From Candidatus Latescibacterota bacterium (lineage in GTDB: Bacteria; Latescibacterota; UBA2968; UBA8231), in contig OZ241867.1 of the NCBI GenBank assembly GCA_965203175.1, positions 2,464,001 to 2,528,000 of the forward strand: a stretch of DNA of 64,000 nucleotides, given 5' to 3'. The notes beneath the pieces are model-generated. The model had not been told where the DNA came from. It worked only from the letters and a program-made list of their open reading frames with translations, and did no database searches. Both the position numbers and the translations under genes were made by a program. Positions within the stretch are counted from its first letter, which is position 1. Every line of letters starts with the position of its first letter. Positions 1 to 9,682 of the stretch are shown in pieces.

Positions 1-698
1 GGATAGTATCGCCGACTGTCTGGGGTTCCGATGCCCTCCCCGAGGGGAAAAAAGTCGGGTTCGGCAAACAGCGTGCCGGGCGATCCTAACTCCGCAGGAA
101 TATCCTCAGGCGACAATTCTCCCCGTGCCAACTCTTCGGCTCCCGTTAGCTGGATCCAGTCTATTTCTAAAAACTTTGGATGATTGTCCACGTCCTGCGA
201 GTCTCGGTATAACATCATGTCTAAATGAAAAATAAAGAGGGTATCCTGCCAGGAGATCTCGCGGTCTGGGTCTGCTGCCAGGGCGCGTAGATCTATGGTG
301 ATTTCTTCCCATTCGATGGAATAGGGTTGAAGATGTTCCCTTGCACCTTTAGGGCGGCGTCTGGTATCAGCATTGGACCAGACCATCGAGAATGGCCCTT
401 CGGTGGGGCTATGGTGGATGAGGCGTAGCCGGAGGGTGAGGCGGTCGAATAGGGCCGAATCTTTGCCGATCAACGGCGAGGTCAATCGAGCGGTGGGTCT
501 TCCACCAGGAGTTGGCGCAATGCGCCAGACACCATCGATGATTTCGCTTTGCAATGGGGTGCTAGTATGTCCATTGCTATATTGAGAACTTTCCCGGGCG
601 GTCCAGCCCCAAGTGGAGCCGTCGGCGAAATCCCACGTTAGGGCAAAGGCCCCAAGAGGAACTGTCAACGACAAAACGGCAAAGAGAAAACAGCGCAT
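1..698 (-). CDS. Secreted protein, N-terminal part (runs off the left edge)
   Basis: Not in the ORF track because its stop is outside the window. Manual translation from ATG 698 (AGGTGA RBS-like motif upstream) is open to base 1: MRCFLFAVLSLTVPLGAFA|LTWDFADGSTWGWTARE...LEIDWIQLTG. Sec signal peptide with AFA cleavage site. Confidence 0.8.
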   Translation of the reverse strand, partial: MRCFLFAVLSLTVPLGAFALTWDFADGSTWGWTARESSQYSNGHTSTPLQSEIIDGVWRIAPTPGGRPTARLTSPLIGKDSALFDRLTLRLRLIHHSPTEGPFSMVWSNADTRRRPKGAREHLQPYSIEWEEITIDLRALAADPDREISWQDTLFIFHLDMMLYRDSQDVDNHPKFLEIDWIQLTGAEELARGELSPEDIPAELGSPGTLFAEPDFFPLGEGIGTPDSRRYY

Positions 699-890
699 GG
701 GATCACCTATAGGGTTTTTGGTCGTTTTGATGCTCTGTCCGTCAACAAGATACTTGCACATTTCGTGCCACGTACCATGCCTCGCACAAAAAAATCCTTT
801 AGGATCGACCTAAAGGATTGAAAAATAGGACACTTAAAATAATATAGTGAGGCTTTCTCAAGGTGTCGCCTCAGCCGTCGGTGCAAGGTT

Positions 891-957
891 TTCCACGTTT
901 TTTCGTGGATTTTCCACGACTTTACGTGGACTTCCACGACTTTCCGTGTTGGCCACG
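891..957. repeat. Three tandem palindromes TCCACG-N6-CGTG(GA), spaced 21 and 20 bp, plus a half site
   Basis: ttccacg-tttttt-cgtgga (891), ttccacg-acttta-cgtgga (912), ttccacg-actttc-cgtgtt (932), ccacg (953). Confidence 0.75.
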
Positions 958-1010
958 CCAGTATCGGCTCTAAGAAGTTGTTGAGTTGGTAATCGTTATC
1001 GCGGCGATGC

Positions 1011-3923
1011 TCACAGCACCTTGACCGGCGTCAGCCAATTGTCGCGCGCAGCCGACGCCGCAGCAATCGCGTCTGCCGACCCCAATACCGCGACCCGGCC
1101 CGCTGCGCCGACTTGATCCAGCACCGCGGCAAACTCCGCAAAGTGCTCGGCCTTGGTGCCCAAGACTTGGTAGCGCATTTGCTGGCGATAGTCGTCGTCA
1201 ATGCCGGTCAGGTAGCGCATTAGCGAGGCGTAGCCCTTGGCGTCGGGGAGCTGGTAGGCGTCGATGTCGCCGATAGTGCCGATGATGGCCTTGGTCAGCT
1301 CATCGCTGCTGATTGGATAGTCGCGCAAGAAGGATCCGCTCTGGTTGTACACTTGTAGCGTCTCCAGCAAGTTGGGGTCGCGGTAAGACGCGTACGCGAA
1401 TACGCCGGTAAACGGGTCGAGGGAGCAAAAGGCCCCGTAGGCCCCACCTTGGACTCGCACCCGATCCCAGAGCCAAGTGGTGGCCAAGTAGCGCGTGATG
1501 ACGGCCGACGACCCGTCCAATTCGTAGCCGAGCGCGAAGAGGTTGGCCGCCTTGCCCACGTAGTTGACTTGGGCGGGGACGGTCAGGCCCTCGTCGGCCG
1601 CGGTCAGGCTCGGCGTCCAAGTTGCGGGCGAGTGAGCTTCTTGCGGCAACTCGCGCAGCAGCGCTGCTAGGCTCTGGTCGCATGCGGCGCGGTCGCCGCC
1701 GGCCACGGTCGCGTTGCACAGCATGCCCGGCCGGTTGACCAGCAGGGCGCGGATCTGCTCCAGCCGCGCCTGCACTGCTGGCCAGTCGCCGCGGATGTCT
1801 TCGATGAGCTGTCGCAAGAAGAACAGATAGCTCAAGCCGCGCATCTGCTCTGCAAGCCAGCCGGTCTCGTCGAATTGCGCGCGCAGCCGCGTTAATACCA
1901 CTCGGTGACCGCCCGGCACTAGCCCGGCCTCTGCGCTGGCCCGCTCTTCTAAGGCCATCTGCAAGAAGCGCTCCTGATCGTCGAGGCGGCCCTCCAGCAG
2001 CACGTCGCGCACAATCGCCGTCAGGTCGGCGACCCGTTCGGCCATGGCCTTGCCGCGCAAGAAGAGGTACGCCGCGGCCGGCCCGCCGCTGGGACGCGCC
2101 CCCACTAGTGAATGGGCACTCAGGCCGCCAGTTTGGCTGCCGATCCGCTGTTGCAGCTCGACGAAACTCATGCGCTTGGTGCCCATCTCCAGCAGGGCGC
2201 GGCCAAAGAGCGGGACATAGGGCACAAGCTCCTGGGGCAACACACGCAGATTATAGCCCACGTCGAGATAGGCAATGCCATTGGTGAAGAGGTCGTGGTG
2301 GAGCACTGGCACCCCGGCGATTTGGTCCTCTTGCCGAGGCACGGTCTTGATCGATTTGTCGAGGTCGCTCAGTTGCAGGCGGGGCAGCTTGGCCAGGTCC
2401 TCGGGCGAGTCGGGTTGTTCTTGCAGGTGCTTGAGCTTTTCGGTGGACGCGACTAGTTCCTCTAAATCCGCGTGGCTCATGCGCTCTCGGGCTTCTGCTA
2501 GGCGCGTGGTCTCTTCTTCCTCCAGCCGCGTCCCCAGCTCGGCATCGGGCTGCAGGACCACGGTCGTGCGGTGCGCGTTGTCTAAGAGGTGGCGTTGGAT
2601 CAGTCCCTCTAGATAGCGGTCGTCCGCCGTTAGTTTGGCCTTGAGCGCGGCGAAGGAGTCGGCAAAGCGCAAAGGCGTGAAGGGGTCGCGGTCGTAGAGC
2701 CAGTTGGTCAACAGCCGCAGCATCAGCCCCAGGCCGCGCGGAAAAGACCCGGTGTTGTTTTCCCGAAAGCGAAACTCCGCGGTGTGCAGCGCGGCCGCGA
2801 CCATCCCTTGGTCGATGCCGCCGTCCGCTAGCTCGCCGAGGTGCTGCAAGATCAGGGCTTCGACCGCATGGGTATCGCCCTGTTGCACGCCCTTGAGGCC
2901 CACGCTGAAGAACATTTGCGCCAATTCGACCTCTAGCCCGCTGCCGGTCAAATCTTCGCCCAGCCCGGAGTCAATCAGGGCCTTGCGCAGCGGGGATCCC
3001 GGGGTGCCAAGCAGCGCATGTTCGAGCACTTGGAGGGCACGGCGCTCGTCAGCGTCAATCGCATCTTGCAACAGCCAAGCAAGCACGACAAAGCACTTTG
3101 GCTCTTCGACCGCGTCTGGATCGACCGCATAGGGAAATTGCTGCCGCTTGGGCGCGGCAAAGCGCGGCTGGGTCCCGATGGTCGAGTCAACGGAATGCGC
3201 CTCGTAGTCGCTTAGATAGTCGTGCAACAGCGCGAGGCGCTGCTCGGGGTCGTCGTCACCGTAGAAGTAGATGCGGGCATTGGACGGGTGGTAAAAGTCG
3301 TCGTGGAAGCGCTTGAACTGGTCAAAGGTGAGGGCCGGGATGTGGCGCGGGTCGCCGCCGGAATCCACGCCGTAGGTGGTGTCGGGGAAGATGGATTGCT
3401 GGATGCGCTCGTCTAGGATACTCTCGGGATCGGAATACGCGCCTTTCATTTCGTTGAAGACCACGCCTTTGTAGCGCAGCGGATCGCCGGGGTCTTCTAG
3501 CTCGTAGTGCCAGCCTTCCTGTTGCAGGACTTCCGGCGTCAGCCTTGGGTAGAAGACGGCGTCAAGGTACACGTCGATCAGGTTGTAGAAATCCTGCACG
3601 TTGGTACTGGCGACCGGGTAGCAGGTTTTGTCTGGATAGGTGAAGGCGTTGAGGAAGGTGTTGAGCGAGCCTTTGATCAGCTCGACAAACGGCTCCTTGA
3701 CAGGGTATTTGCGCGAGCCACACAGCACGGAGTGTTCGAGGATATGGGCAATGCCGGTCGAATCGGCCGGCGGGGTGCGGAAGTTGATGCCAAAGACCTT
3801 GTTTTCGTCGTCGTTGATTAGCGAGACGATCTCGCAGCCGGTGCGGTGCTGGTAGAGCAAGGCGCGGGTATTGAGTTCGGGAATTTCTTCGTCGCGCAGC
3901 AATTCAAAATCGCGGCGATCCAT
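1011..3923 (-). CDS. M16C insulinase-family metallopeptidase (presequence protease PreP-like)
   Basis: Inverted zinc motif HILEH, SRKYPVKEPF, FLNAFTYPDKTCYP, RVQGGAYG, SYRDPN. Start moved to the ATG at 3923, which follows an AAAGGAG RBS. Confidence 0.95.
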   Translation of the reverse strand: MDRRDFELLRDEEIPELNTRALLYQHRTGCEIVSLINDDENKVFGINFRTPPADSTGIAHILEHSVLCGSRKYPVKEPFVELIKGSLNTFLNAFTYPDKTCYPVASTNVQDFYNLIDVYLDAVFYPRLTPEVLQQEGWHYELEDPGDPLRYKGVVFNEMKGAYSDPESILDERIQQSIFPDTTYGVDSGGDPRHIPALTFDQFKRFHDDFYHPSNARIYFYGDDDPEQRLALLHDYLSDYEAHSVDSTIGTQPRFAAPKRQQFPYAVDPDAVEEPKCFVVLAWLLQDAIDADERRALQVLEHALLGTPGSPLRKALIDSGLGEDLTGSGLEVELAQMFFSVGLKGVQQGDTHAVEALILQHLGELADGGIDQGMVAAALHTAEFRFRENNTGSFPRGLGLMLRLLTNWLYDRDPFTPLRFADSFAALKAKLTADDRYLEGLIQRHLLDNAHRTTVVLQPDAELGTRLEEEETTRLAEARERMSHADLEELVASTEKLKHLQEQPDSPEDLAKLPRLQLSDLDKSIKTVPRQEDQIAGVPVLHHDLFTNGIAYLDVGYNLRVLPQELVPYVPLFGRALLEMGTKRMSFVELQQRIGSQTGGLSAHSLVGARPSGGPAAAYLFLRGKAMAERVADLTAIVRDVLLEGRLDDQERFLQMALEERASAEAGLVPGGHRVVLTRLRAQFDETGWLAEQMRGLSYLFFLRQLIEDIRGDWPAVQARLEQIRALLVNRPGMLCNATVAGGDRAACDQSLAALLRELPQEAHSPATWTPSLTAADEGLTVPAQVNYVGKAANLFALGYELDGSSAVITRYLATTWLWDRVRVQGGAYGAFCSLDPFTGVFAYASYRDPNLLETLQVYNQSGSFLRDYPISSDELTKAIIGTIGDIDAYQLPDAKGYASLMRYLTGIDDDYRQQMRYQVLGTKAEHFAEFAAVLDQVGAAGRVAVLGSADAIAAASAARDNWLTPVKVL

Positions 3924-4010
3924 GGGGTCTCCTTTGTGGTGTATATAGAAAAAACTAGCGGGCAAACATATTGGCGGCGCGGGTTTTTATCAAGGAAAAT
4001 GGTGCCGCGT

Positions 4011-5168
4011 TCACGGCAGGGCGATTTTGCCGAGGACGACCGGGCGCTGTGCGCGGGTGACGGCTGGGATATTGCCGGTGCGGCCCATCAGCGTCTCGTT
4101 GGCAAGCACTGCGAAGGAGAGCGCCTCGCGCGCGTCTGGATCGACGCCTAGGTCGGCTAGCGACTTCACTGCTATATCTGGCAGTGCGTGTTGCAATCCG
4201 GCCATGATGCGCGGATTGTGGACGCCGCCGCCGCCGACCCAGAGCTTGGCGAACTCGCCGGGGCAGAAGCGGCGAATGCCCTCGGCAATGGATTGCACGG
4301 TAAAGGCGGTCAGCGTGGCGATCAGGTCGTCGTCGCTCCACGTGCCGCGGCGGAGAATTTCCGCGAGGAAAGGCTCGCCAAATTCCTCGCGCCCCGTGGA
4401 TTTGGGCGGCTCGCGCTGCAAGAAGCTGGTGCGCATCAGCTCGGCCAATAGGGTTTCATCGACGCGCCCGCGCGCCGCTCGTTCGCCCCCTCGGTCGAAG
4501 TGCTCGCGGCCCTCGGTGCAGTGCGCCACTGCTGCGTCGATGAGCATGTTGCCCGGTCCTAGGTCAAAGGCCCGTACTGCGCTGGCATCGGCGTTGGGCG
4601 GCAGGGCCGTGATGTTGGCGATTCCGCCGATATTGAGCAACAGACGTCTCTCGTGCCCGGCAAAGAGCAGGTGATCTACTAGGGGTATCAGCGGTGCGCC
4701 CTCGCCGCCGACGGCCATGTCAGCCGCGCGAAAGTCCGCAATGGTCACTGCGCCCGTGCGCGCGGCAATGACGGCTGGCTCGCCAATCTGCAAGGTGGCC
4801 CCGCTAGCTGGCAGATGGCGCACGGTCTGCCCGTGCGAGCCGATCAGGTCGATGGATTCGGGACTGAGCTTGGCCTGCTCGACTGCGGCTAGGGCCGCTA
4901 TTGCAAACGCCTCGCCGAGGGCGAAGTTGACCCGGCACAGCGCGTCGAGCGACGCATCCTCGGCAAAGAGGGCGAACACCTCGCGCCGCAAGTCGCTGGG
5001 CAGTGGTGTGGTGTTAAAGGACAAGATTTCGTAGCGCGTGGATTCGCCACAGCCCCACAGATCAACCAGCACGGCGTCGATCCCGTCGGCCGAGGTGCCG
5101 GACATTAGCCCGACGACCCGACGTCGTTTTTTGGCGGCCAGTTCCGCCAGCCTCAACTGCGCAGGCAT
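4011..5168 (-). CDS. anmK: Anhydro-N-acetylmuramic acid kinase
   Basis: GLMSGTSADGIDA, IGSHGQTVRH, DFRAADMAVGGEGAPL, LNIGGIAN, PPKSTGRE. Confidence 0.95.
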   Translation of the reverse strand: MPAQLRLAELAAKKRRRVVGLMSGTSADGIDAVLVDLWGCGESTRYEILSFNTTPLPSDLRREVFALFAEDASLDALCRVNFALGEAFAIAALAAVEQAKLSPESIDLIGSHGQTVRHLPASGATLQIGEPAVIAARTGAVTIADFRAADMAVGGEGAPLIPLVDHLLFAGHERRLLLNIGGIANITALPPNADASAVRAFDLGPGNMLIDAAVAHCTEGREHFDRGGERAARGRVDETLLAELMRTSFLQREPPKSTGREEFGEPFLAEILRRGTWSDDDLIATLTAFTVQSIAEGIRRFCPGEFAKLWVGGGGVHNPRIMAGLQHALPDIAVKSLADLGVDPDAREALSFAVLANETLMGRTGNIPAVTRAQRPVVLGKIALP

Positions 5169-5174
5169 TGCTAA

Positions 5175-6278
5175 CTAGGCGCGGTCGCGGGCCGAGTGCA
5201 GGTAGTAGTCGGCGACCTGCCCGTGATTGTCGATGACGTGCACGCCCGGGTAGCGAATCGTCGTCGGACACACGTGCCAAGGCACGGCGAGGAGGTAGTC
5301 GCCGACTTCGGGCTGAGGACCAGACCAGGCGAAGACGCCGTGTTCTTCGTTTTGCCTGGTCAGCTCGGCCTTTGGGTTCTGCAAGAGCTTGGCCCGGGTC
5401 GCTAGGGGGCCATCGTCGCTGATGGCCTTGGTGCCCAAGTCCGTGGTAAGCGTCTGGTGCTCGGGATAGCGATCGATCACTTGCGTCAGGACGAGGGCCG
5501 CCGATTTGAAGGGTAGCTCGGCCATTTTGCTGCCGTACCCAGCATCCCAGTACACGCAGGTGCCTGGGGAGCCGTGCATCCCCTCGGTGCGGGCGTAGTA
5601 CAAAGAGGAAAAGGAGCCGCCGCCGACGACTCGGGGCACGGCCAAGCCCTCGCCTTCGAGGGCTGCTTTTAGGCGTTGGGTATCGCGGATGTGCCGCTCG
5701 GCCGCTGCTTGGCGCGCCTTAGGCTCGGAGAGGTTATCGTGCCCGTCGTACAAGTGCAGGCCGCCCGGCGACAGGTGGGGATGTTGCGCGACTTGGCGGT
5801 AGAGATCAACTGCCGCGTCCAAGGGGGCCCCGGTGCGGAACATGCCTACGTTGAGATCGATCATTACCCGCAGCGTTTGCTGCCGCTCTTGGGCTACGTC
5901 GCCCAAGACCTGCACGTGCACAGGGGCGCTGGCAATCGCGCTGACGATCGCCTCTCTTTGCGCCAACGCGGCGAAGCGCTGCACCTTGCTTTTTTGCACC
6001 AGCGGATAGGACAGGATGGCTTCCTGTGCGCCGGCGTCGAGGGTCATTTCCAGTTCCTTGAGCGTGGCGCATTTGAACCCGGCGACGCCAGACGCGAGCT
6101 GTTTGCGCGTTACGTCGATGGACTTGTGGGTCTTGACGTGGACGAACAGATGCTCGCTGCCGCCGGCTAGTTCGCCGACTACTTTTATGTTGTGGTCAAG
6201 CTGGTCGGCAAAGACCAGCATGGCTGGTGTCTCAATGTCGTCCGGCTCGGCGACTTTGTATTCTCCTACTTCGATCAC
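5175..6278 (-). CDS. PLP fold-type III enzyme, D-threonine aldolase / D-serine dehydratase (DSD1) family
   Basis: ETPAML, HVKTHK (PLP lysine), RTG, HLYDGH, NEEHG, PWHVCPT. Probable GTG start at 6278. Confidence 0.85.
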   Translation of the reverse strand: MIEVGEYKVAEPDDIETPAMLVFADQLDHNIKVVGELAGGSEHLFVHVKTHKSIDVTRKQLASGVAGFKCATLKELEMTLDAGAQEAILSYPLVQKSKVQRFAALAQREAIVSAIASAPVHVQVLGDVAQERQQTLRVMIDLNVGMFRTGAPLDAAVDLYRQVAQHPHLSPGGLHLYDGHDNLSEPKARQAAAERHIRDTQRLKAALEGEGLAVPRVVGGGSFSSLYYARTEGMHGSPGTCVYWDAGYGSKMAELPFKSAALVLTQVIDRYPEHQTLTTDLGTKAISDDGPLATRAKLLQNPKAELTRQNEEHGVFAWSGPQPEVGDYLLAVPWHVCPTTIRYPGVHVIDNHGQVADYYLHSARDRA

Positions 6279-6413
6279 AGCTTTGCTTCCCGTTGGAGGT
6301 GGAGCGCGGAAGATAGCACAAGCCCCGACTGCGGACAAATTGGCCGCCGCGTTTTGGTGCGTTAAATTACGATTTGCAATTTTCCTACCACCCTCATCTA
6401 AAGGAAGCCTCGA

Positions 6414-7253
6414 ATGCTCAAACTAGGCTGCATGTCCCTCAGCTACAAAGACGAATTTGCCGCGAACAAGCTCGACTTGGAGCAGTTTATTGAACGCGCC
6501 TACCAGCTCGGCCTCGACGGCATCGACATTCACACGCGCGCCTTTACCTCGCTCGACCCGGCCTATCTGCGCAGCATTCGCATGCAGGCCTTCAGACGCG
6601 GGATCGCGCTTTCCTATATCGGCGTCAGCTCCAACTACGGCAAGCCCCAAGACGAGCTGGCCGCCGAAGTTGCCACCACTAAGGAGTGGATCGACGTGGC
6701 CGCGTTCATGGGCATTCCGCTGGTGCGGGTTTTTGCCGCGTGGATTCCCGAAGGCGACAGCGAAGAGGACGTGTGGGCGCGGATGATGCCCTGCTTGGAG
6801 GAAGTGGCTGCCCACGGCGAGGAAAAGGGCGTGGTGGTCGGCTTGCACAATCACAATCACGGCTGTGTCACGCGCACGGGCAAAGATGTGCGCCGCATTA
6901 TTGAGGGCGTCAATAATCCCTATTTCTCGCATATCCTCGACACGGGTCAATACGTTGGCTCGCCTGGGGCCTCGGGCCAGCGCGGGCACGAAGATCCGGC
7001 CCTCAACTTTTACGGCAGCATCGAGGAGACCGCGCCGTTGGCCGTCCACGTCCGCTGCAAGATCTATCGCATCCAAAGCGGCGTTGAAGAGTGGCTCAAC
7101 TATCCGCGCATCTTCGAGATTTTGAAGGGCGTCAACTACAATGGTTGGCTGTCGGTGGTGTACGAGGGGCAGGACGTGGAAGCAGAGGCGACCGCCGTGC
7201 CCAAGGCCGTGCGCTACTTGCGCGGCTTGATGGCCGAATACGACGCGGCGTAA
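6414..7253 (+). CDS. Sugar phosphate isomerase/epimerase (xylose isomerase-like TIM barrel)
   Basis: VRVFA, LHNHNH, ILDTGQ, YNGWLSVVYEG. Confidence 0.85.
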   Translation: MLKLGCMSLSYKDEFAANKLDLEQFIERAYQLGLDGIDIHTRAFTSLDPAYLRSIRMQAFRRGIALSYIGVSSNYGKPQDELAAEVATTKEWIDVAAFMGIPLVRVFAAWIPEGDSEEDVWARMMPCLEEVAAHGEEKGVVVGLHNHNHGCVTRTGKDVRRIIEGVNNPYFSHILDTGQYVGSPGASGQRGHEDPALNFYGSIEETAPLAVHVRCKIYRIQSGVEEWLNYPRIFEILKGVNYNGWLSVVYEGQDVEAEATAVPKAVRYLRGLMAEYDAA

Positions 7254-7272
7254 GCAGCGAGGCCCGCGCAAC

Positions 7273-7680
7273 ATGGTCGCTGCGTTTGGCACACCCCACA
7301 CCTTTGTAAAATTCTGCCTGACTGGCCTCAGCGGGGTGGTGGTCAATCTCGGTTCGTTCCAGCTCCTGCTTGAACTCGGCGTCCACAAGTATCTGGCCTC
7401 ACCCATTGCGATTGAGATATCGGTCTTTTCGAACTTTTTCATCAATAACTATTGGACCTTTGCCGACCGCGCCCTGAGCGGCCGCAAGCGGATCCGAGGT
7501 TTGCGGTTTCACATCGTGTCGCTGCTGGCCCTTGGGGTGAGTTATTCGACGTTTGTCGTGCTATCGGTGTTGTTGCCGCAAGTTGATCCGGTGTGGCTGC
7601 AAGGGTGTGGAATCGCGCCGGGGACGTTGGTCAACTACGTCCTGAATTCGTACTGGACGTTTCGGGAGGAGGGGCGTTGA
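7273..7680 (+). CDS. GtrA-family 4-TM protein (lipid-linked sugar flippase-like)
   Basis: FVKFCLTGLSGVVVN, SNFFINNYWTF, NYVLNSYWTF. Confidence 0.85.
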   Translation: MVAAFGTPHTFVKFCLTGLSGVVVNLGSFQLLLELGVHKYLASPIAIEISVFSNFFINNYWTFADRALSGRKRIRGLRFHIVSLLALGVSYSTFVVLSVLLPQVDPVWLQGCGIAPGTLVNYVLNSYWTFREEGR

Positions 7681-7725
7681 TCGGTCTTGCTTGCTGAGAT
7701 GAACAAGTACGCCTAGGAGATAATT

Positions 7726-9453
7726 TTGTCGAAACGCAATCGATCTCAAGCGCATGGTCGCGGTGCCGCCGCACGCCGAGATAAGCGCAAGCAAGCGCTG
7801 CCTTGGTCAGTGCGCCTGCGCTCGATGTCCGACCTTCTGCTGCATCCAGCCCCTCCTGATGAGCGGCCGTGGAAATTTTTGCTGCCGGTGCTTGCATTGG
7901 CCTTTGTCGCACGAGCGGCCATTGCCCTGTCTGGCGATTTCGTCCTGCATCCCGACGAAATCATGCAGTATTTAGAGCCAGCGCATCGCTTAGTCTTCGG
8001 CAACGGCGTGACCTACTGGGAGTACTTCTACGGTGCCCGTTCGTGGCTAGTGCCTGGATTGGTCGCTGGCGTCTTAAAGTTGTTCGACATCGTCGGCCTT
8101 GGTCAGCCTGCTTGGTACGTCGGCGGCGTCAAGCTCGTGTTTTGCGCGATTTCCCTGCTCATCCCGGCGGGCATGTACTTTTTTGCCCGGTGGCACTTTG
8201 GCGAAACTGCGGCGCGGGTCGCGTTGCTGATGGGTGCTTTCTGGTACGAGCTTGTCGGTTTTGCCCATAAGCCGATGACCGAGTTTGTCGCCACCGCCCT
8301 GCTGGTGTCCTTACTTGCGCTCTGTGTGCGGCCTGCGTCGGACAGACTGCGGGTGGTTTTGACGGTGTCGGTGCTGGCGGTGCTGGCGGTGGCGATCCGG
8401 GTGCAGTATGCTCCGTTGGCCTTGATAGCTCTCGGTCTGTTCTTTTTGCGCACCGAGAAGAGGACTCAACTCGTACTGGCTGCGGCCACGGTTTTTGTCG
8501 CCATCGGCGTATTTGACGCGATTACGTGGGACGGTGGTTTGTTTCACTCCTACATAGTCTACACCCGACTCAATCTCACCCTCGACGACCTGATTATCAG
8601 TGCGAGCCCGGCATGGGAGTACCTCTATTGGCTCTTAATCGCTAGTGTGGGGCTGGTATCCCTGTGTATCTTAGCGGCCTTGCGCGATCTCCGCCGTTAC
8701 GCTTTGCTGCTGACACTCATCGCCCTTACGCTCCTGATTCACTCTACACAGTCTCACAAGATGTATCGCTTCATCTTCGCCATCATTCCGCTCTATTTGC
8801 TGGTGAGCGCGGATATGCTGGCGTGGTTATGGAAGAATAAACCGCGCTCATCGTTGGGGTTGACTGCCCTCATGCTGGCGGCATCCTTCGCAGCGATTTC
8901 CCTAGCTGGCATCCTGAACGCGCTGCCGTACCAAGCCAGAGTGTATCAGTCTCATACAGGGGCGACCGGCATTGTTGGCTTCCTGCGCAATCAGGATCCG
9001 ATCTTCGCTGCGTACCGCTATCTTGCCAGTGCGCCTAGGGTTTCTGCCGTGTGGCAGGTTGACCGTCTCTATTTCAACCTACCCGGTTATTACTACCTGC
9101 ATCGCGAGATTCCGTTCTACGACGCCAATACCGGGCGTCTCATATTCGCGGATCAAGAGAAAACAGAGGTGGAAGGCATGGAAGCGATTGCAGCCTCGGT
9201 TAGCCACATCGTGTCGGCGGATCCGGCTACTTTCGCTCCCGGCTACTCGGTAGAAAAAACATTCGGCACCATCCGAATCCTAGGCCGAGATGCGGACGAG
9301 CCGGCTGTCCGCCCATGGCAGGAGTACGTCCTGACGATCGGTGGCGACAGCTTCACTAAGGTAATGCGCAAACTCTATCCCGACGCACCCATTCCTCCGC
9401 CCAATTCGGGTATCCGGTTTGCCGACGAAGCGACGGAGATAAAAGGGCACTAG
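7726..9453 (+). CDS. Alg9/PIG-B-like (GT22, GT-C fold) membrane mannosyltransferase
   Basis: HPDEIMQYLEPAHRLVFG, WEY..GARSW, HKMYRFIF, many TM helices. Exact start uncertain. Confidence 0.8.
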   Translation: MSKRNRSQAHGRGAAARRDKRKQALPWSVRLRSMSDLLLHPAPPDERPWKFLLPVLALAFVARAAIALSGDFVLHPDEIMQYLEPAHRLVFGNGVTYWEYFYGARSWLVPGLVAGVLKLFDIVGLGQPAWYVGGVKLVFCAISLLIPAGMYFFARWHFGETAARVALLMGAFWYELVGFAHKPMTEFVATALLVSLLALCVRPASDRLRVVLTVSVLAVLAVAIRVQYAPLALIALGLFFLRTEKRTQLVLAAATVFVAIGVFDAITWDGGLFHSYIVYTRLNLTLDDLIISASPAWEYLYWLLIASVGLVSLCILAALRDLRRYALLLTLIALTLLIHSTQSHKMYRFIFAIIPLYLLVSADMLAWLWKNKPRSSLGLTALMLAASFAAISLAGILNALPYQARVYQSHTGATGIVGFLRNQDPIFAAYRYLASAPRVSAVWQVDRLYFNLPGYYYLHREIPFYDANTGRLIFADQEKTEVEGMEAIAASVSHIVSADPATFAPGYSVEKTFGTIRILGRDADEPAVRPWQEYVLTIGGDSFTKVMRKLYPDAPIPPPNSGIRFADEATEIKGH

Positions 9454-9682
9454 CTACAAAAAGTACAGAACTTCTAGGTTATTAACTGGCCAAAGGAAGA
9501 CCGACAAAAGAGACGCCGCAATGATCGGTCTCATCCAAGTCCTCGCGACAGGAATGAAGACAGGTGGCCCGCAACGACGCAAAATCCCAGCGAACGGTTG
9601 AAGACTCTCCCTCGCGGCTTTTCGTTGTGGGATGCTCTGGCCTTGTGTCGCGCTTGGTTTGCTAGCAGTCGCCAGCTACTTC

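Noticed and set aside
6423-7445. Long antisense ORFs here and at 59377-60378, 60682-61644 and 11953-12756
   Set aside because: Shadow ORFs opposite well-supported genes, as expected in GC-rich DNA.
9540-9680. Riboswitch (c-di-GMP or cobalamin) in the intergenic region
   Set aside because: Only a GCAAACC fragment matches; the conserved loops and stems are missing.
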